A stretch of 64,000 nucleotides of DNA from Bacteroidales bacterium (GTDB lineage Bacteria; Bacteroidota; Bacteroidia; Bacteroidales; JACABE01): contig JAHEYQ010000017.1 in the NCBI GenBank assembly GCA_023251515.1, forward strand, positions 274 to 64,273, given 5' to 3'. The notes beneath the pieces are model-generated. The model saw only the letters and a program-made list of their open reading frames with translations, ran no database searches and had not been told where the DNA came from. This document shows, one piece after another, positions 10,047 to 20,225 of the stretch. The stretch's first letter is position 1. Every line of letters begins with the position of its first letter. A program made the position numbers and the translations under genes.

Positions 10047-10496
10047 ATGCAAAAAATAAGAATTACAAAACAGTTTAATTTTGAAATGGCGCATGCTCTG
10101 AAGGATTATGACGGTCCTTGCAGAAATATTCATGGACATTCTTACGAATTGTTTGTAACTGTTATAGGTGAGCCAATTACAAATTCAGATTCACCTAAAA
10201 TTGGAATGTTGATTGATTTTGGTGATTTAAAGCGGATTGTAAGAAATTCAATAGTTGATAAGTTAGATCATGCGTTACTTTTAAATAAAAATGCACCAGA
10301 TAATTTAATTTCAGAATTAAAAAAAGGGTTTGCTAATATCACTTTAGTTGATTATCAACCAACAAGCGAAAATATGTTAATAGATTTTGCTGAACGTTTA
10401 AAAAAAGAATTACCAATTCATATCAAGCTTCATAGTATGAAGTTGCGTGAAACGGTTACTTCTTTTGCTGAATGGTATGCATTTGATAATGAATAA
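10047..10496 (+). CDS. queD: 6-carboxy-5,6,7,8-tetrahydropterin synthase (PTPS family)
   Basis: FEMAHAL, CRNIHGHSY, DFGDLK, LDHALLN, PTSEN, LRET motifs. Confidence 0.88.
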   Translation: MQKIRITKQFNFEMAHALKDYDGPCRNIHGHSYELFVTVIGEPITNSDSPKIGMLIDFGDLKRIVRNSIVDKLDHALLLNKNAPDNLISELKKGFANITLVDYQPTSENMLIDFAERLKKELPIHIKLHSMKLRETVTSFAEWYAFDNE

Positions 10497-10521
10497 AAAA
10501 GGGGCTTTAAGCCCCTTTTTT
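10495..10521. terminator. Bidirectional terminator between queD and dsbD
   Basis: aaaaaaggggctt-aagcccctttttt palindrome between convergent genes. Confidence 0.85.
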
Positions 10522-12625
10522 ATTTTGTTTTTTTCTGAAAGTTTTCTAATCCTTCATTTAAGAATTTAATGAAATTTGGTATATGTTTATCGTAGGCTTT
10601 GTTTTCCGCTGTCAAAACATTTTCATCACTATCCATTAATACATAATATGGTTGTGCATTAATATTAAATCGTGTAATCTGAAAATTAAGATTTTTTGAA
10701 CCTAATTTCTTGATGACTTTTCCTTCTTTGGTTGTTACCCATTCGTTTTCATGTAAATCTATAAAGTTGGCATCAGCATATAAAGCTACCATCACATATT
10801 TTTCATTCAAAATTTTCTTAACTTCAGTATCATTCCAAACATTGTTTTCCATTTCACGACAATTTGCACAGGTTTTTCCTGTGAAATCAACAAAAATTGG
10901 TTTATTTACTTTTTGGGCGTAAGCTTTGGCTTCTTCCAAATCAAAAAATCCCTCAAAACCGGTTGGTAAGTGTAATTTGTCAGTATATTTTCTTTTGCCC
11001 AAATCACTTTCATGTTTAGTAGAACCTGCATTTTCAACAATTAAACGATTGATATCGAAGTCCTGAGTAGTCATCGGTGGTACATAACCAGATAATACCT
11101 TCAGAGGAGCTCCCCACAATCCGGGTATCATGTAAACTACAAAAGAAAAAGTTATAATTGCTAAAAATAAACGTGGTACACCAATTTTTTCTACATCACT
11201 ATCACCTTTGAATTTTAATTTCCCTAATAAATAAAATCCTAATAATGTAAATGTTACTATCCATAGTGATAAGAATGTTTCTCTGTCTAATAAGCCCCAA
11301 TTTGCACCCAAATCTGCCATTGATAGGAATTTTAAGCCAAGGGCAATTTCTAAAAATCCAAAAACAATTTTAACTGTATTTAACCAACTACCTGATTTTA
11401 ATCTGCTTAAAACAGAAGGGAACATTGCCAATAAAGTGAATGGAATAGCAAAACCTAAGGCGAATCCTAACATCGATATTAAAAAAACCAGACTATCATC
11501 TGAGCCTGAAGATAATTCAATTAGGGCAGCACCTAAAATAGGACCTGTACATGAAAATGACACCAAAACCGTTGTAAACGCTACAAAAAAAGTTCCTATA
11601 TAGCCACCTTTATCCGCATTTTGATCCGATTTATTGATAATAGAGCTTGGTAAAGTCAGTTCAAACATTCCAAAAAATGATAATGCAAAAATCATAAATA
11701 TTACAAAGAATAACACATTGGGAATCCAATGAGTACTAATGATATACATTGCATCTTTTCCGAGCAATAATGTTAAAAGCAAACCCAGAACCGCAAAAAT
11801 CATGATTATTGAAAATCCAAAGAAATAAGCTTGTTTTAATCCTTTTGATTTGTCTTTATTTCCTTTCATAAAGAAGCTGATTGTCATCGGTATCATTGGG
11901 AATACACAAGGAGTAATAAGTGTAAGTATCCCTGCCAAAAATGCAATAAAGAAAATGGAAACCCAACCTTTATTTTTAGTGTCAGTTTTGTTTGTAGTAT
12001 TTTGTTTGTAATTACTGGCTGTATCTTTAGCTTTTGAATTTGTATCTGATATATTAGCAGTGGTTTGTGTACTGTCTATGTTTTCAGTATTAGAGATTTC
12101 GGTATTGGCAGCAGTTTCTTTAGCATTCGGATTTCCTTTTATTTTAAATTCAAAAGGATTGTCGCTGAAAGGAATACAACTGCCATCATTGCATACCATA
12201 TATTCAAAATTTCCTTTAATAAGAAAGTCTTTTTTGCTTAAGATTTTGATTTTTTGTTTAAAAACAGCTTGATTATTAAAATACTTTACTGTCATTTTAA
12301 ACATATCATCATATTCAGATTCTGGTTTGGGTTCTGATGTTTTTCCTTCAAGTTTATAAGACTTGTCTTTATCAAATTTGAAATTCGTTACAATAGGCCC
12401 ACCCTCTTCCATATATTGGGAATACAAATGCCAGCCTTTATCGATTTTTGCATTAAAAATCAATTCTGCATAAGCTTCATCAATTTGTTTTACAGTGTAA
12501 GTCCATTTTACAGGAATTAAGACTTGTGAAAATGAATTGATTGCGAACGCACTAAAAAAAAGTGTGAAAATAAACGGTAAATAAAATTTGTGTTTGCCCA
12601 TCATGTTTTTTATTTGTTTGAGCAA
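10520..12625 (-). CDS. dsbD: Thiol:disulfide interchange protein, DsbD family
   Basis: N-domain CNDGSC, TM domain TPCVFPM and SFSCTGP, C-terminal thioredoxin FTGKTCANC. Confidence 0.85.
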   Translation of the reverse strand: MLKQIKNMMGKHKFYLPFIFTLFFSAFAINSFSQVLIPVKWTYTVKQIDEAYAELIFNAKIDKGWHLYSQYMEEGGPIVTNFKFDKDKSYKLEGKTSEPKPESEYDDMFKMTVKYFNNQAVFKQKIKILSKKDFLIKGNFEYMVCNDGSCIPFSDNPFEFKIKGNPNAKETAANTEISNTENIDSTQTTANISDTNSKAKDTASNYKQNTTNKTDTKNKGWVSIFFIAFLAGILTLITPCVFPMIPMTISFFMKGNKDKSKGLKQAYFFGFSIIMIFAVLGLLLTLLLGKDAMYIISTHWIPNVLFFVIFMIFALSFFGMFELTLPSSIINKSDQNADKGGYIGTFFVAFTTVLVSFSCTGPILGAALIELSSGSDDSLVFLISMLGFALGFAIPFTLLAMFPSVLSRLKSGSWLNTVKIVFGFLEIALGLKFLSMADLGANWGLLDRETFLSLWIVTFTLLGFYLLGKLKFKGDSDVEKIGVPRLFLAIITFSFVVYMIPGLWGAPLKVLSGYVPPMTTQDFDINRLIVENAGSTKHESDLGKRKYTDKLHLPTGFEGFFDLEEAKAYAQKVNKPIFVDFTGKTCANCREMENNVWNDTEVKKILNEKYVMVALYADANFIDLHENEWVTTKEGKVIKKLGSKNLNFQITRFNINAQPYYVLMDSDENVLTAENKAYDKHIPNFIKFLNEGLENFQKKTK

Positions 12626-12718
12626 AATTAAAAAAACATTTATATAACTAGATATATAAGTATAATAAATCTAGTTAAATAAATGTTAAGTGTCTTATAA
12701 TGAGTAAGAAAGAGGTGA

Positions 12719-12973
12719 TTATAGAACTTCTTCCAAATGAAATTCGTAACCTTCCATAATTGGATTATGAAGTAAATCTTTGCATGCTTTATCTACCATT
12801 TCATTTGCTTTTTCTTTTGAGTCTGCTTCAACTTCCATTGTAATATGTTTTCCGATGCGAACATTGGTTATTTGCGGAAGACCCAGATTTTTCATGCTTG
12901 ATGTAACTGCTTTTCCCTGAGGATCTAACAATGCCTTTAATGGCATAACATCTATTTCTGCTTTGAATTTCAT
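12719..12973 (-). CDS. purS: Phosphoribosylformylglycinamidine synthase subunit PurS
   Basis: LLDPQGKAV, VRIGKHI, LLHNPIMEGY. Confidence 0.93.
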   Translation of the reverse strand: MKFKAEIDVMPLKALLDPQGKAVTSSMKNLGLPQITNVRIGKHITMEVEADSKEKANEMVDKACKDLLHNPIMEGYEFHLEEVL

Positions 12974-13007
12974 ATGTTTGAATATTAATTATTTGAATTT
13001 AAATTTT

Positions 13008-13751
13008 TTACAAAGTCAATTGTTGGATTATTGATAATAAAATGTATAATAATATAATTATCGGTAATGAGGATACATTTAGAAAAATCAAAAGTAATAA
13101 GCTTAATATCAGAAAAATAAATCTGAAAAGATTGTTTTTAATCTTAAAATCTTTAAATTTTAATGAAAATAGCGGAATCTCAACTATTAATAAAACAGAC
13201 ATAATTAATGTCATTATTATTAAAAAATATGGATTTTGGAAAATATTTGCTAAAAATGAGTTGAGAATATTTGATCCCCAATTCATTGGATTATTATTAA
13301 AATAAATAATTAAAGGTGCTGATGACCAGAATATTGCATTAGCTGGAGTTGGTAATCCTAAAAAGGAAACAGTTTGTCTGTCGTCTATATTAAATTTTGC
13401 AAGTCTGATTGCAGAAAATAAAGCGATTAAAAAAGGGAAAAATGTAAGGAAATTGTATTTTTCCAAAAAAGCATATTCTGCAAGATTTTGATTAAGTAAT
13501 TGATAAACAATAATTGATGGAACAACTCCAAATGTTACTACATCAGCTAATGAATCAAGTTCTTTTCCAATATCACTTTTTGCTTTCAGCAAACGGGCCG
13601 CCGTGCCATCAAAATAATCGAAAAATCCACCGGCAAAAACAAGTAATGCAGCTATGGTTAAGTCATACTTAAAAGCTGCTACAATTGCCAAACACCCACA
13701 AAACAAATTAAGTAGTGTTATAAAATTTGGTATATGATTTTTGATTTTCAT
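13008..13751 (-). CDS. pssA: CDP-diacylglycerol--serine O-phosphatidyltransferase
   Basis: CDP-alcohol phosphatidyltransferase motif DYFDGTAAR...GKELDSLADVVTFG, and RLAKFN, FLGLPTP. Confidence 0.85.
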   Translation of the reverse strand: MKIKNHIPNFITLLNLFCGCLAIVAAFKYDLTIAALLVFAGGFFDYFDGTAARLLKAKSDIGKELDSLADVVTFGVVPSIIVYQLLNQNLAEYAFLEKYNFLTFFPFLIALFSAIRLAKFNIDDRQTVSFLGLPTPANAIFWSSAPLIIYFNNNPMNWGSNILNSFLANIFQNPYFLIIMTLIMSVLLIVEIPLFSLKFKDFKIKNNLFRFIFLILSLLLLIFLNVSSLPIIILLYILLSIIQQLTL

Positions 13752-13837
13752 TAGATTATCAGGTGTTTTTTAAGTGTTCAAAATTACAATTTTTTTTTGA
13801 ATCATTACATTTATTACTGATGTATAATTTAATCGTT

Positions 13838-16360
13838 TTAATAACAGTCAAATAAACTAAAAGTCGTGATATTTTTTAATATATTATCTGGTTTGGTTTG
13901 ATGGCTTACTCTTATTGTGTATATTACATTTGGTATTAAATCAAAGTAATTGTCAGAAAATTCAAGATTAGCATTGTTTAGAAAATATAAATTTTTTACC
14001 AGTGTTTTTGATGAAACGTCTATATCTGTGTAATTTTCTGTAGATTTCAGTATTCTGATTTTCGTTCTGGGTTGTGGTAAGTTCAGATTTTTTTGTTTCG
14101 CAAAATAAAGAATTGATTCATATTTAGTTTTATGGTTATCAACTAGTTTTGCATGAAGCAAATAGCTTGAAGTATCTTTTTCAGAAGTAAATAAATGTGT
14201 TTTATCAATTTGATAAATAATTTTCGATGAATTCGCTTTTATTTTAAGATTAAGTTTTTTATTCCATTTAATATTCCCATTAAAATCAATTAGTTGTAAA
14301 TCTAAATCAAATTGTTTATCTGTTTGAAAATCTGAGTTAATCCAAACTTCAATTGTGGTATTATTAATGATTTGAGAAATTAGGATGTCGTCGTAAAGTT
14401 TTTTTACATAATAATGCAATGCTTTCCAGTTGCCATTGTAATCAATACTTGACCATGATGTTACAGGCCAGCAATCGTTAAATTGCCAATACAATGTACC
14501 CATACATTTTGGTTTTGATCTTCGGTGAGATTCAATAGCTGTTTTCATTCCTTCAGCCTGAAGCAATTGGCTGACATAGACATAATAGTTGAAATTTTCA
14601 GGTTTTCTGTAATCTCTTTGCAAATACTCGTTAATAGTTTCAAAACCAGTTGGATGCTTTTGATGATTTCGTAATTGTATAGAATTGAAATTCAAACAAC
14701 TATCATCAACCATCGTTGTTATGGTTTTTAAATCTGGCATTCCCTGAAAACCATATTCCGACATAAATCTTCCGGTTTTCTCTATATATTTCTCAAATGG
14801 TTCTTTGCCCCACCAAACACCCCAATAATGAGAATCACCCTCTGTCATACTTTCTTTGCGCCCCCAACCTTTGCGTGGAGATGTTGAAATATAGGGTGTT
14901 GCATTATTTGAATTTAATACAACCTGAGGCAAAATTTCATGAAATATTTTTTTATAATCATTCCAGACTTTTGTAGAATCATAAGTTGAATAATCTAATT
15001 GCTTTTGCCATCCCCAGTTATGCCAACCTTCATCAATTTCGTTATTGCCACACCACAGAGCTAAACTTGCATGATTTCTGATGCGTTTTACATTGTCAAT
15101 TGCCTCTTGTTTAACATTTTCTGTAAATGAGCTATCGCCAGGATACATCGTACAGGCAAACATAAAATCTTGCCAAACCAAAATTCCATGTTTGTTACAA
15201 AGTTTATAAAATTCATCGCTTTCGTAAATTCCACCACCCCAAATTCTTAGCATATTAAAGTTTGCTTTTTCGGCATTTTCAATCAATTTTTGATATGTTT
15301 TCTGATTGTTTTCTGTCGGAAAACTGTTTGCCGGAATGTAATTTGCTCCTTTAATAAATAGGGGAATATCATTTATTTTAAAATAAAAACTTTCACCAAT
15401 ACTATCTTTGGTATTTATCAATTCAATTTTTCGCAATCCAATTGAAGTATTCGTATTGTATATTTTATTGCCATTGTATATAATTGATACTCCGAACTCA
15501 TATAAATATGGATTTCCTAATTGTTTTGGAAACCATAGTTTGGGTTTGTTTATTGAAAAGGGTATTTTTATTAAATTTTCCCCTTTTTTTAATATGCTAT
15601 TTTGAGTAGCAATAATTTTATTTATTTTAATATCAGTTATTTGTATATTTATATTGTTGTTGCTATTGCTATTGATTTCCAATTCGGTTTCAAGTTTTGC
15701 ATTTTGTGTGGATACTTTTTTTTGAGCAAAATAAACCGATTTTACGTCTAAATTATCAAATGCGTGTAGTTTTACAGCTTTCCAAATGCCACAAGTAACA
15801 AACCTTGGACCCCAATCCCAACCATATTGATAGGGTGCTTTTCGTGTATAAGCCCTTGAATCTGGAAGTTTTACGGATGATTTTCTTTCTTTTTCATTGT
15901 CTTTATTAACTGCTGATTGGAATTTGACAATTAGTTCATTGTTGTTGATTTTTAATAGATTCTTACATTCCATTTCCCATTTTCGGAACATATTATCAGC
16001 TTTAAGAATCAGTTTATCATTAAGATAAATGTCAGCATAGGTATCTAATCCTTCAAAAATCAGGATAATATTTTCTTTTTCAAAAAACTCTTTTTCGACA
16101 TTAAAACTCAGTTTATATTCATAATCCTTTGTTTCAATGTATTGAATTAGTTTTTCATTATTACCATAAAAAGGATCAGGAATTAATTTATTGGCATACA
16201 AATCGGTATGAACACATCCCGGTACTTTGGCTTCATACCATTTGCTTTCATTTGTATTTCTGAAAAACCAATTAGAATTGAGCGTAATTTCTTTAGTTTG
16301 AGAAATTAAGTTTGAAAAAATAAAAAGATTGAATACGATAAAAAGATAAATATTTCTCAT
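13838..16360 (-). CDS. GH2 beta-mannosidase
   Basis: RKAPYQYGWDWGP, KGANYIP, NMLRIWGGG, WCGNNEID (acid/base), MSEYGFQ (nucleophile), signal peptide. Confidence 0.88.
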   Translation of the reverse strand: MRNIYLFIVFNLFIFSNLISQTKEITLNSNWFFRNTNESKWYEAKVPGCVHTDLYANKLIPDPFYGNNEKLIQYIETKDYEYKLSFNVEKEFFEKENIILIFEGLDTYADIYLNDKLILKADNMFRKWEMECKNLLKINNNELIVKFQSAVNKDNEKERKSSVKLPDSRAYTRKAPYQYGWDWGPRFVTCGIWKAVKLHAFDNLDVKSVYFAQKKVSTQNAKLETELEINSNSNNNINIQITDIKINKIIATQNSILKKGENLIKIPFSINKPKLWFPKQLGNPYLYEFGVSIIYNGNKIYNTNTSIGLRKIELINTKDSIGESFYFKINDIPLFIKGANYIPANSFPTENNQKTYQKLIENAEKANFNMLRIWGGGIYESDEFYKLCNKHGILVWQDFMFACTMYPGDSSFTENVKQEAIDNVKRIRNHASLALWCGNNEIDEGWHNWGWQKQLDYSTYDSTKVWNDYKKIFHEILPQVVLNSNNATPYISTSPRKGWGRKESMTEGDSHYWGVWWGKEPFEKYIEKTGRFMSEYGFQGMPDLKTITTMVDDSCLNFNSIQLRNHQKHPTGFETINEYLQRDYRKPENFNYYVYVSQLLQAEGMKTAIESHRRSKPKCMGTLYWQFNDCWPVTSWSSIDYNGNWKALHYYVKKLYDDILISQIINNTTIEVWINSDFQTDKQFDLDLQLIDFNGNIKWNKKLNLKIKANSSKIIYQIDKTHLFTSEKDTSSYLLHAKLVDNHKTKYESILYFAKQKNLNLPQPRTKIRILKSTENYTDIDVSSKTLVKNLYFLNNANLEFSDNYFDLIPNVIYTIRVSHQTKPDNILKNITTFSLFDCY

Positions 16361-16376
16361 ATTAAATTGGCATTGT

Positions 16377-17117
16377 TTATATTGCTTTCAAAATATCTTT
16401 GATTTTTTTTACTCTTAATTCATCTGTGATACTATTCTGAAATTCTGAAATATTTTGAACACCACCCATTTTAATGTATTCGTTTCTGAAAATCATATTG
16501 CTGTCAATGGTTTTTCGCAATGAAACATGGAAATTCTTTGCTCTGGTTTTTTTTGCGATTTGCAGGATATTTTCTTCGTTAATACCACTTCCAGGCATTA
16601 TATCTATTTTATTATCAGATTTATCGATTAGTTCTGTAATTAATTCGCTTCCTTGATCTGCTTTATTTTGTAAACCTGATGTCAAAAGGATATCAAATCC
16701 AATGGAAATTAAATCGTAAAGGCTTTCGAATGGATTTTTCACCATATCAAAAGCTCTGTGAAAAGTCGTTTTCATTGGATAAGATAAATCAACGAGTTGA
16801 CTGCAAATATTTTTATCAATACTTCCATCTGGTTTTAGTATTCCAAAAACAACACCGTCAATTCCTTGATTTTTACACTCTTTGATATCATGTTTAATGA
16901 TTTCCAGTTCAGTGGGATTGTATAAAAAATCGCCACCCCTTGGTCTGATTATTACATGTAATTTTATGGTTAAAAGTCTGCGTGCCTGTTTTATAGCTCC
17001 AAAGGAAGGAGTTGTTCCTCCTTCCAATAAGTTATCGCATAATTCTACTCTATCTGCACCTCCTTTTTCTGCTGCCAGAGAAGATTCAACAGAGTTTGCA
17101 CAGATTTCTAAAAGCAT
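16377..17117 (-). CDS. cutC: CutC family protein (nominal copper homeostasis)
   Basis: LEICANS, ADRVELC, EGGTTPS, IRPRGGDF, TFHRAFD, LTSG. Confidence 0.92.
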   Translation of the reverse strand: MLLEICANSVESSLAAEKGGADRVELCDNLLEGGTTPSFGAIKQARRLLTIKLHVIIRPRGGDFLYNPTELEIIKHDIKECKNQGIDGVVFGILKPDGSIDKNICSQLVDLSYPMKTTFHRAFDMVKNPFESLYDLISIGFDILLTSGLQNKADQGSELITELIDKSDNKIDIMPGSGINEENILQIAKKTRAKNFHVSLRKTIDSNMIFRNEYIKMGGVQNISEFQNSITDELRVKKIKDILKAI

Positions 17118-17120
17118 GAA

Positions 17121-17807
17121 TTACTTGGTTTTATCTTTTTTGTAAGTTTCGTTTAGTCCTTTTAAAACAGCATTGGTAATATCAAGACTGTCATTTGCAA
17201 ATAAAATTCCGCTTAATCTTGATCTCTCCAAAATATACGAATACTTAGGCCCTTGATTAAAGCGTTTGATATATGCAAAAATTGAATCCTGTACCTGAAT
17301 GTTTTTGCTTTGTTTCTTTTCAAGTATTTGATTACCAAGATTTTTTTCAAGTTCCATTAAATCTTGTTGCTTTTGCTGAAGTGCCGCTTCTCTTTTCTTT
17401 TGTTCATTTAGACTTAAAGTTGCTCCAATTTTCAGATAATTATCATATTCAGCTTTAAAAGCCATGCCTTGAGCTTTGTAATTGTTATTCATTTGCATTT
17501 CAAGGTTTTCGAGTTCTTTTTTGGTGTCTTTTACAAATTCGTAATTTTCCCAAAGTGTATCACTGTTTACATAAGCTATAGTTAATGCGCTTTTTATGGA
17601 AACTGGTTGAAAAACCTCTTCTTTTTTAGAAGTAAAATGCAAAATAAACAAAACTGCAACAGCAATAAATATTAAGATATTAAATACAATTCCGCATTTA
17701 GATGTTTTGCAACTTACTGTATTATTATACTTTAATTCTTTTGTCTCAATAATTGGTTTGGTTTGGTTTTCTTCCTGATTTTCGTTTAAGTTATTCTCTT
17801 CGTTCAT
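17121..17807 (-). CDS. OmpH/Skp family periplasmic chaperone
   Basis: TM anchor, IAYVNSDTL, coiled-coil body, YSYIL...ILFANDSLDIT..LKGLN. Confidence 0.75.
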   Translation of the reverse strand: MNEENNLNENQEENQTKPIIETKELKYNNTVSCKTSKCGIVFNILIFIAVAVLFILHFTSKKEEVFQPVSIKSALTIAYVNSDTLWENYEFVKDTKKELENLEMQMNNNYKAQGMAFKAEYDNYLKIGATLSLNEQKKREAALQQKQQDLMELEKNLGNQILEKKQSKNIQVQDSIFAYIKRFNQGPKYSYILERSRLSGILFANDSLDITNAVLKGLNETYKKDKTK

Positions 17808-17828
17808 TTTATTAAATATAAGCGATTA

Positions 17829-20036
17829 TTAATTTCCTAATTCTGACATAAATTTTATTCTCATCAACCTGATTTCTTCTTCAGTATATTCATTTTCACC
17901 TAATTCCATAAGGCAATCTTTAATAGAATCAGATTCAGCTTCTCTGAAATATTCATAAATTTCTTCCTGATGGTATTGATCTACATATTCATCAATATAA
18001 TACTTAATATCAATTTTGGTTCCTGAAGAAACGATGCTTTCAATTTCTGTAAGCAATTCTTCTATGGTTAGATTTTTTGCAGTAGCTATATCTTCCAAAG
18101 CTAGTTTTTTATCTATACTTTGTATGATGTAAACTTTTAATCCTGATTTGTTTACAACAGATTTTACTACCAAATCTTGTGGTCTCTCAATTTCATTTTC
18201 TTCAACATATTTTTTAATGAGATTGATAAACGGCTGAGCATATTTTGATGCTTTACCTGTACCAACTCCGGTTATCTGCTTCATTTCGTCCATTGTAATT
18301 GGATATTGAATGGTCATATCCTCTAATGATGGATCTTGGAAAATAACAAAAGGAGGTAGATTTTCTTTTCTTGAAATTTCTTTTCTTAAGTCTTTAAGTA
18401 AAGCAAATAATGTTTTGTCGGTAGCATTTGAACGTCCGGCACCACCACCCATAACTGCCATCAAATCCTCTTCGTCATCATGTATATAATCATGATCTTT
18501 GGCTATCAATATCTTATATGGTTTTTTTAAAAACTTTAAGCCGTCCTGACTAACTTTGAGTAAACCATAATTTTCGATATCTTTTAGTAATAAATTTTCA
18601 ATAAGAGCTTGACGAACAACGGCATTCCAATAACCTTCAACTTTATCAGCACCTTTGCCGAATTGTTCAAGTTTATCATGTTTCATTTTTTTCAGAGTGG
18701 CAGAGTTTTTGCCAATAAGTATCTGAACTATATGTTTTGCTTTAAATAGTTGTTTTACAGAAATAACTGTTTCAATTGCAAGAGCAATATCTTCCGATCC
18801 ATCGGTTTTTTCTTTGGGGTGATTGCAGTTGTCGCAAGTACTACAATTATCTTGATCATAATTTTCGCCAAAATAGTGAAGTAATACTTTTCTTCTGCAT
18901 GCGGAAGATTCTGCGTATGATACAGTTTCGTTCATTAGTTGCATGGCAATTTCTTGTTCGGAAACAGGTTTGCCTTTAAGGAACTTCTCTAATTTTGCAA
19001 TATCTTCATCACTATAAAAAGCAATGCAATTGCCTTCTCCATCGTCGCGTCCAGCCCTTCCGGTTTCCTGATAATAACCTTCCAGACTTTTGGGTATATC
19101 ATAATGAATAACAAAACGCACATCAGGTTTGTCAATTCCCATGCCAAAAGCAATGGTAGCAACAATTACATCAACATCTTCCATTAGAAATTTATCCTGA
19201 TTATCAGCTCTTGTAACAGCATCTAATCCCGCATGATATGGTAATGCTTTAATGCCATTAACTACCAGCGTTTCTGCTAATTCTTCTACTTTTTTGCGGC
19301 TCAGACAATAAATAATGCCTGATTTACCCATGTTATTTTTTATATATTTGATAACCTCTCTGTTAACATCTTTATTTTTAGGACGTACCTCATAATAAAG
19401 GTTAGGTCGGTTAAAAGAAGAAATATATAAATCAGCATTCATCATATTCAGATTTTTCTGTATATCATGCTGAACTTTAGGCGTTGCTGTAGCTGTAAGA
19501 GCTATGATTGGAACTTTTTTTCCTATAGCTTCAATAATAGGACGCAATCTTCTGTATTCAGGTCTGAAATCGTGGCCCCATTCCGAAATACAGTGAGCTT
19601 CATCAATAGCATAAAATGAAATTTCAATTTCTCTGAAAAATTCAACATTTTCTTCTTTTGTAAGTGATTCAGGTGCAACATATAAAAGTTTCGTTTTGCC
19701 TGATGTTAAATCACTTTTTACATCTTTTATTTCTTGTTTTGAAAGTGAAGAATTCAAAAAGTGGGCTATGCCATCGTCATTGCCGAAATTTCTGATTGCA
19801 TCTACCTGATTTTTCATTAACGAAATAAGTGGTGAAATTATAATTGCAGTGCCTTTTCCTATTATTGCGGGTAGCTGATAACATAATGATTTTCCGCCAC
19901 CTGTGGGCATAATTACAAAAGTGTCTTTTCCAGACATCAGGCTTTTTATTATCTTTTCCTGATTTCCTTTAAAATTATCGAACCCAAATATTTTCTTCAA
20001 ATGTACATGAAGATCTTTATCAACCTTAGTTGCCAT
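17829..20036 (-). CDS. recQ: ATP-dependent DNA helicase RecQ
   Basis: MPTGGGKS, DEAHCISEWGHDFRP, ATIAFGMGIDK, YYQETGRAGRD, Zn-binding Cys cluster, RQC and HRDC regions. Confidence 0.95.
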   Translation of the reverse strand: MATKVDKDLHVHLKKIFGFDNFKGNQEKIIKSLMSGKDTFVIMPTGGGKSLCYQLPAIIGKGTAIIISPLISLMKNQVDAIRNFGNDDGIAHFLNSSLSKQEIKDVKSDLTSGKTKLLYVAPESLTKEENVEFFREIEISFYAIDEAHCISEWGHDFRPEYRRLRPIIEAIGKKVPIIALTATATPKVQHDIQKNLNMMNADLYISSFNRPNLYYEVRPKNKDVNREVIKYIKNNMGKSGIIYCLSRKKVEELAETLVVNGIKALPYHAGLDAVTRADNQDKFLMEDVDVIVATIAFGMGIDKPDVRFVIHYDIPKSLEGYYQETGRAGRDDGEGNCIAFYSDEDIAKLEKFLKGKPVSEQEIAMQLMNETVSYAESSACRRKVLLHYFGENYDQDNCSTCDNCNHPKEKTDGSEDIALAIETVISVKQLFKAKHIVQILIGKNSATLKKMKHDKLEQFGKGADKVEGYWNAVVRQALIENLLLKDIENYGLLKVSQDGLKFLKKPYKILIAKDHDYIHDDEEDLMAVMGGGAGRSNATDKTLFALLKDLRKEISRKENLPPFVIFQDPSLEDMTIQYPITMDEMKQITGVGTGKASKYAQPFINLIKKYVEENEIERPQDLVVKSVVNKSGLKVYIIQSIDKKLALEDIATAKNLTIEELLTEIESIVSSGTKIDIKYYIDEYVDQYHQEEIYEYFREAESDSIKDCLMELGENEYTEEEIRLMRIKFMSELGN

Positions 20037-20151
20037 TTATAAATAAAATTTATTAATTTTTATTATTTGTAAAAGTATTAAAATTTTTCATATTTCACAC
20101 TATTAAATCATTTTTTTTCAAAAATATTATTGCAGATTGAAAAAAATCATG

Positions 20152-20159
20152 TAGGTTTG
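20152..20159 (+). promoter_or_regulatory. -7 promoter element (TAGGTTTG) for the kdsD operon
   Basis: TAnnTTTG match about 65 bp upstream of the start at 20226. Confidence 0.5.
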
Positions 20160-20225
20160 TAATGTAAATTTACGACATTTTTATTAAAATAGTATATAAA
20201 AATAATTTTTTTTAATTTTTTATCA

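Noticed and set aside
10047-10496. 7-deazaguanine (dpd) DNA-modification system suggested by queD next to a nuclease
   Set aside because: No dpdA/tgt, queC, queE or folE nearby, and the nuclease is a secreted T9SS cargo.
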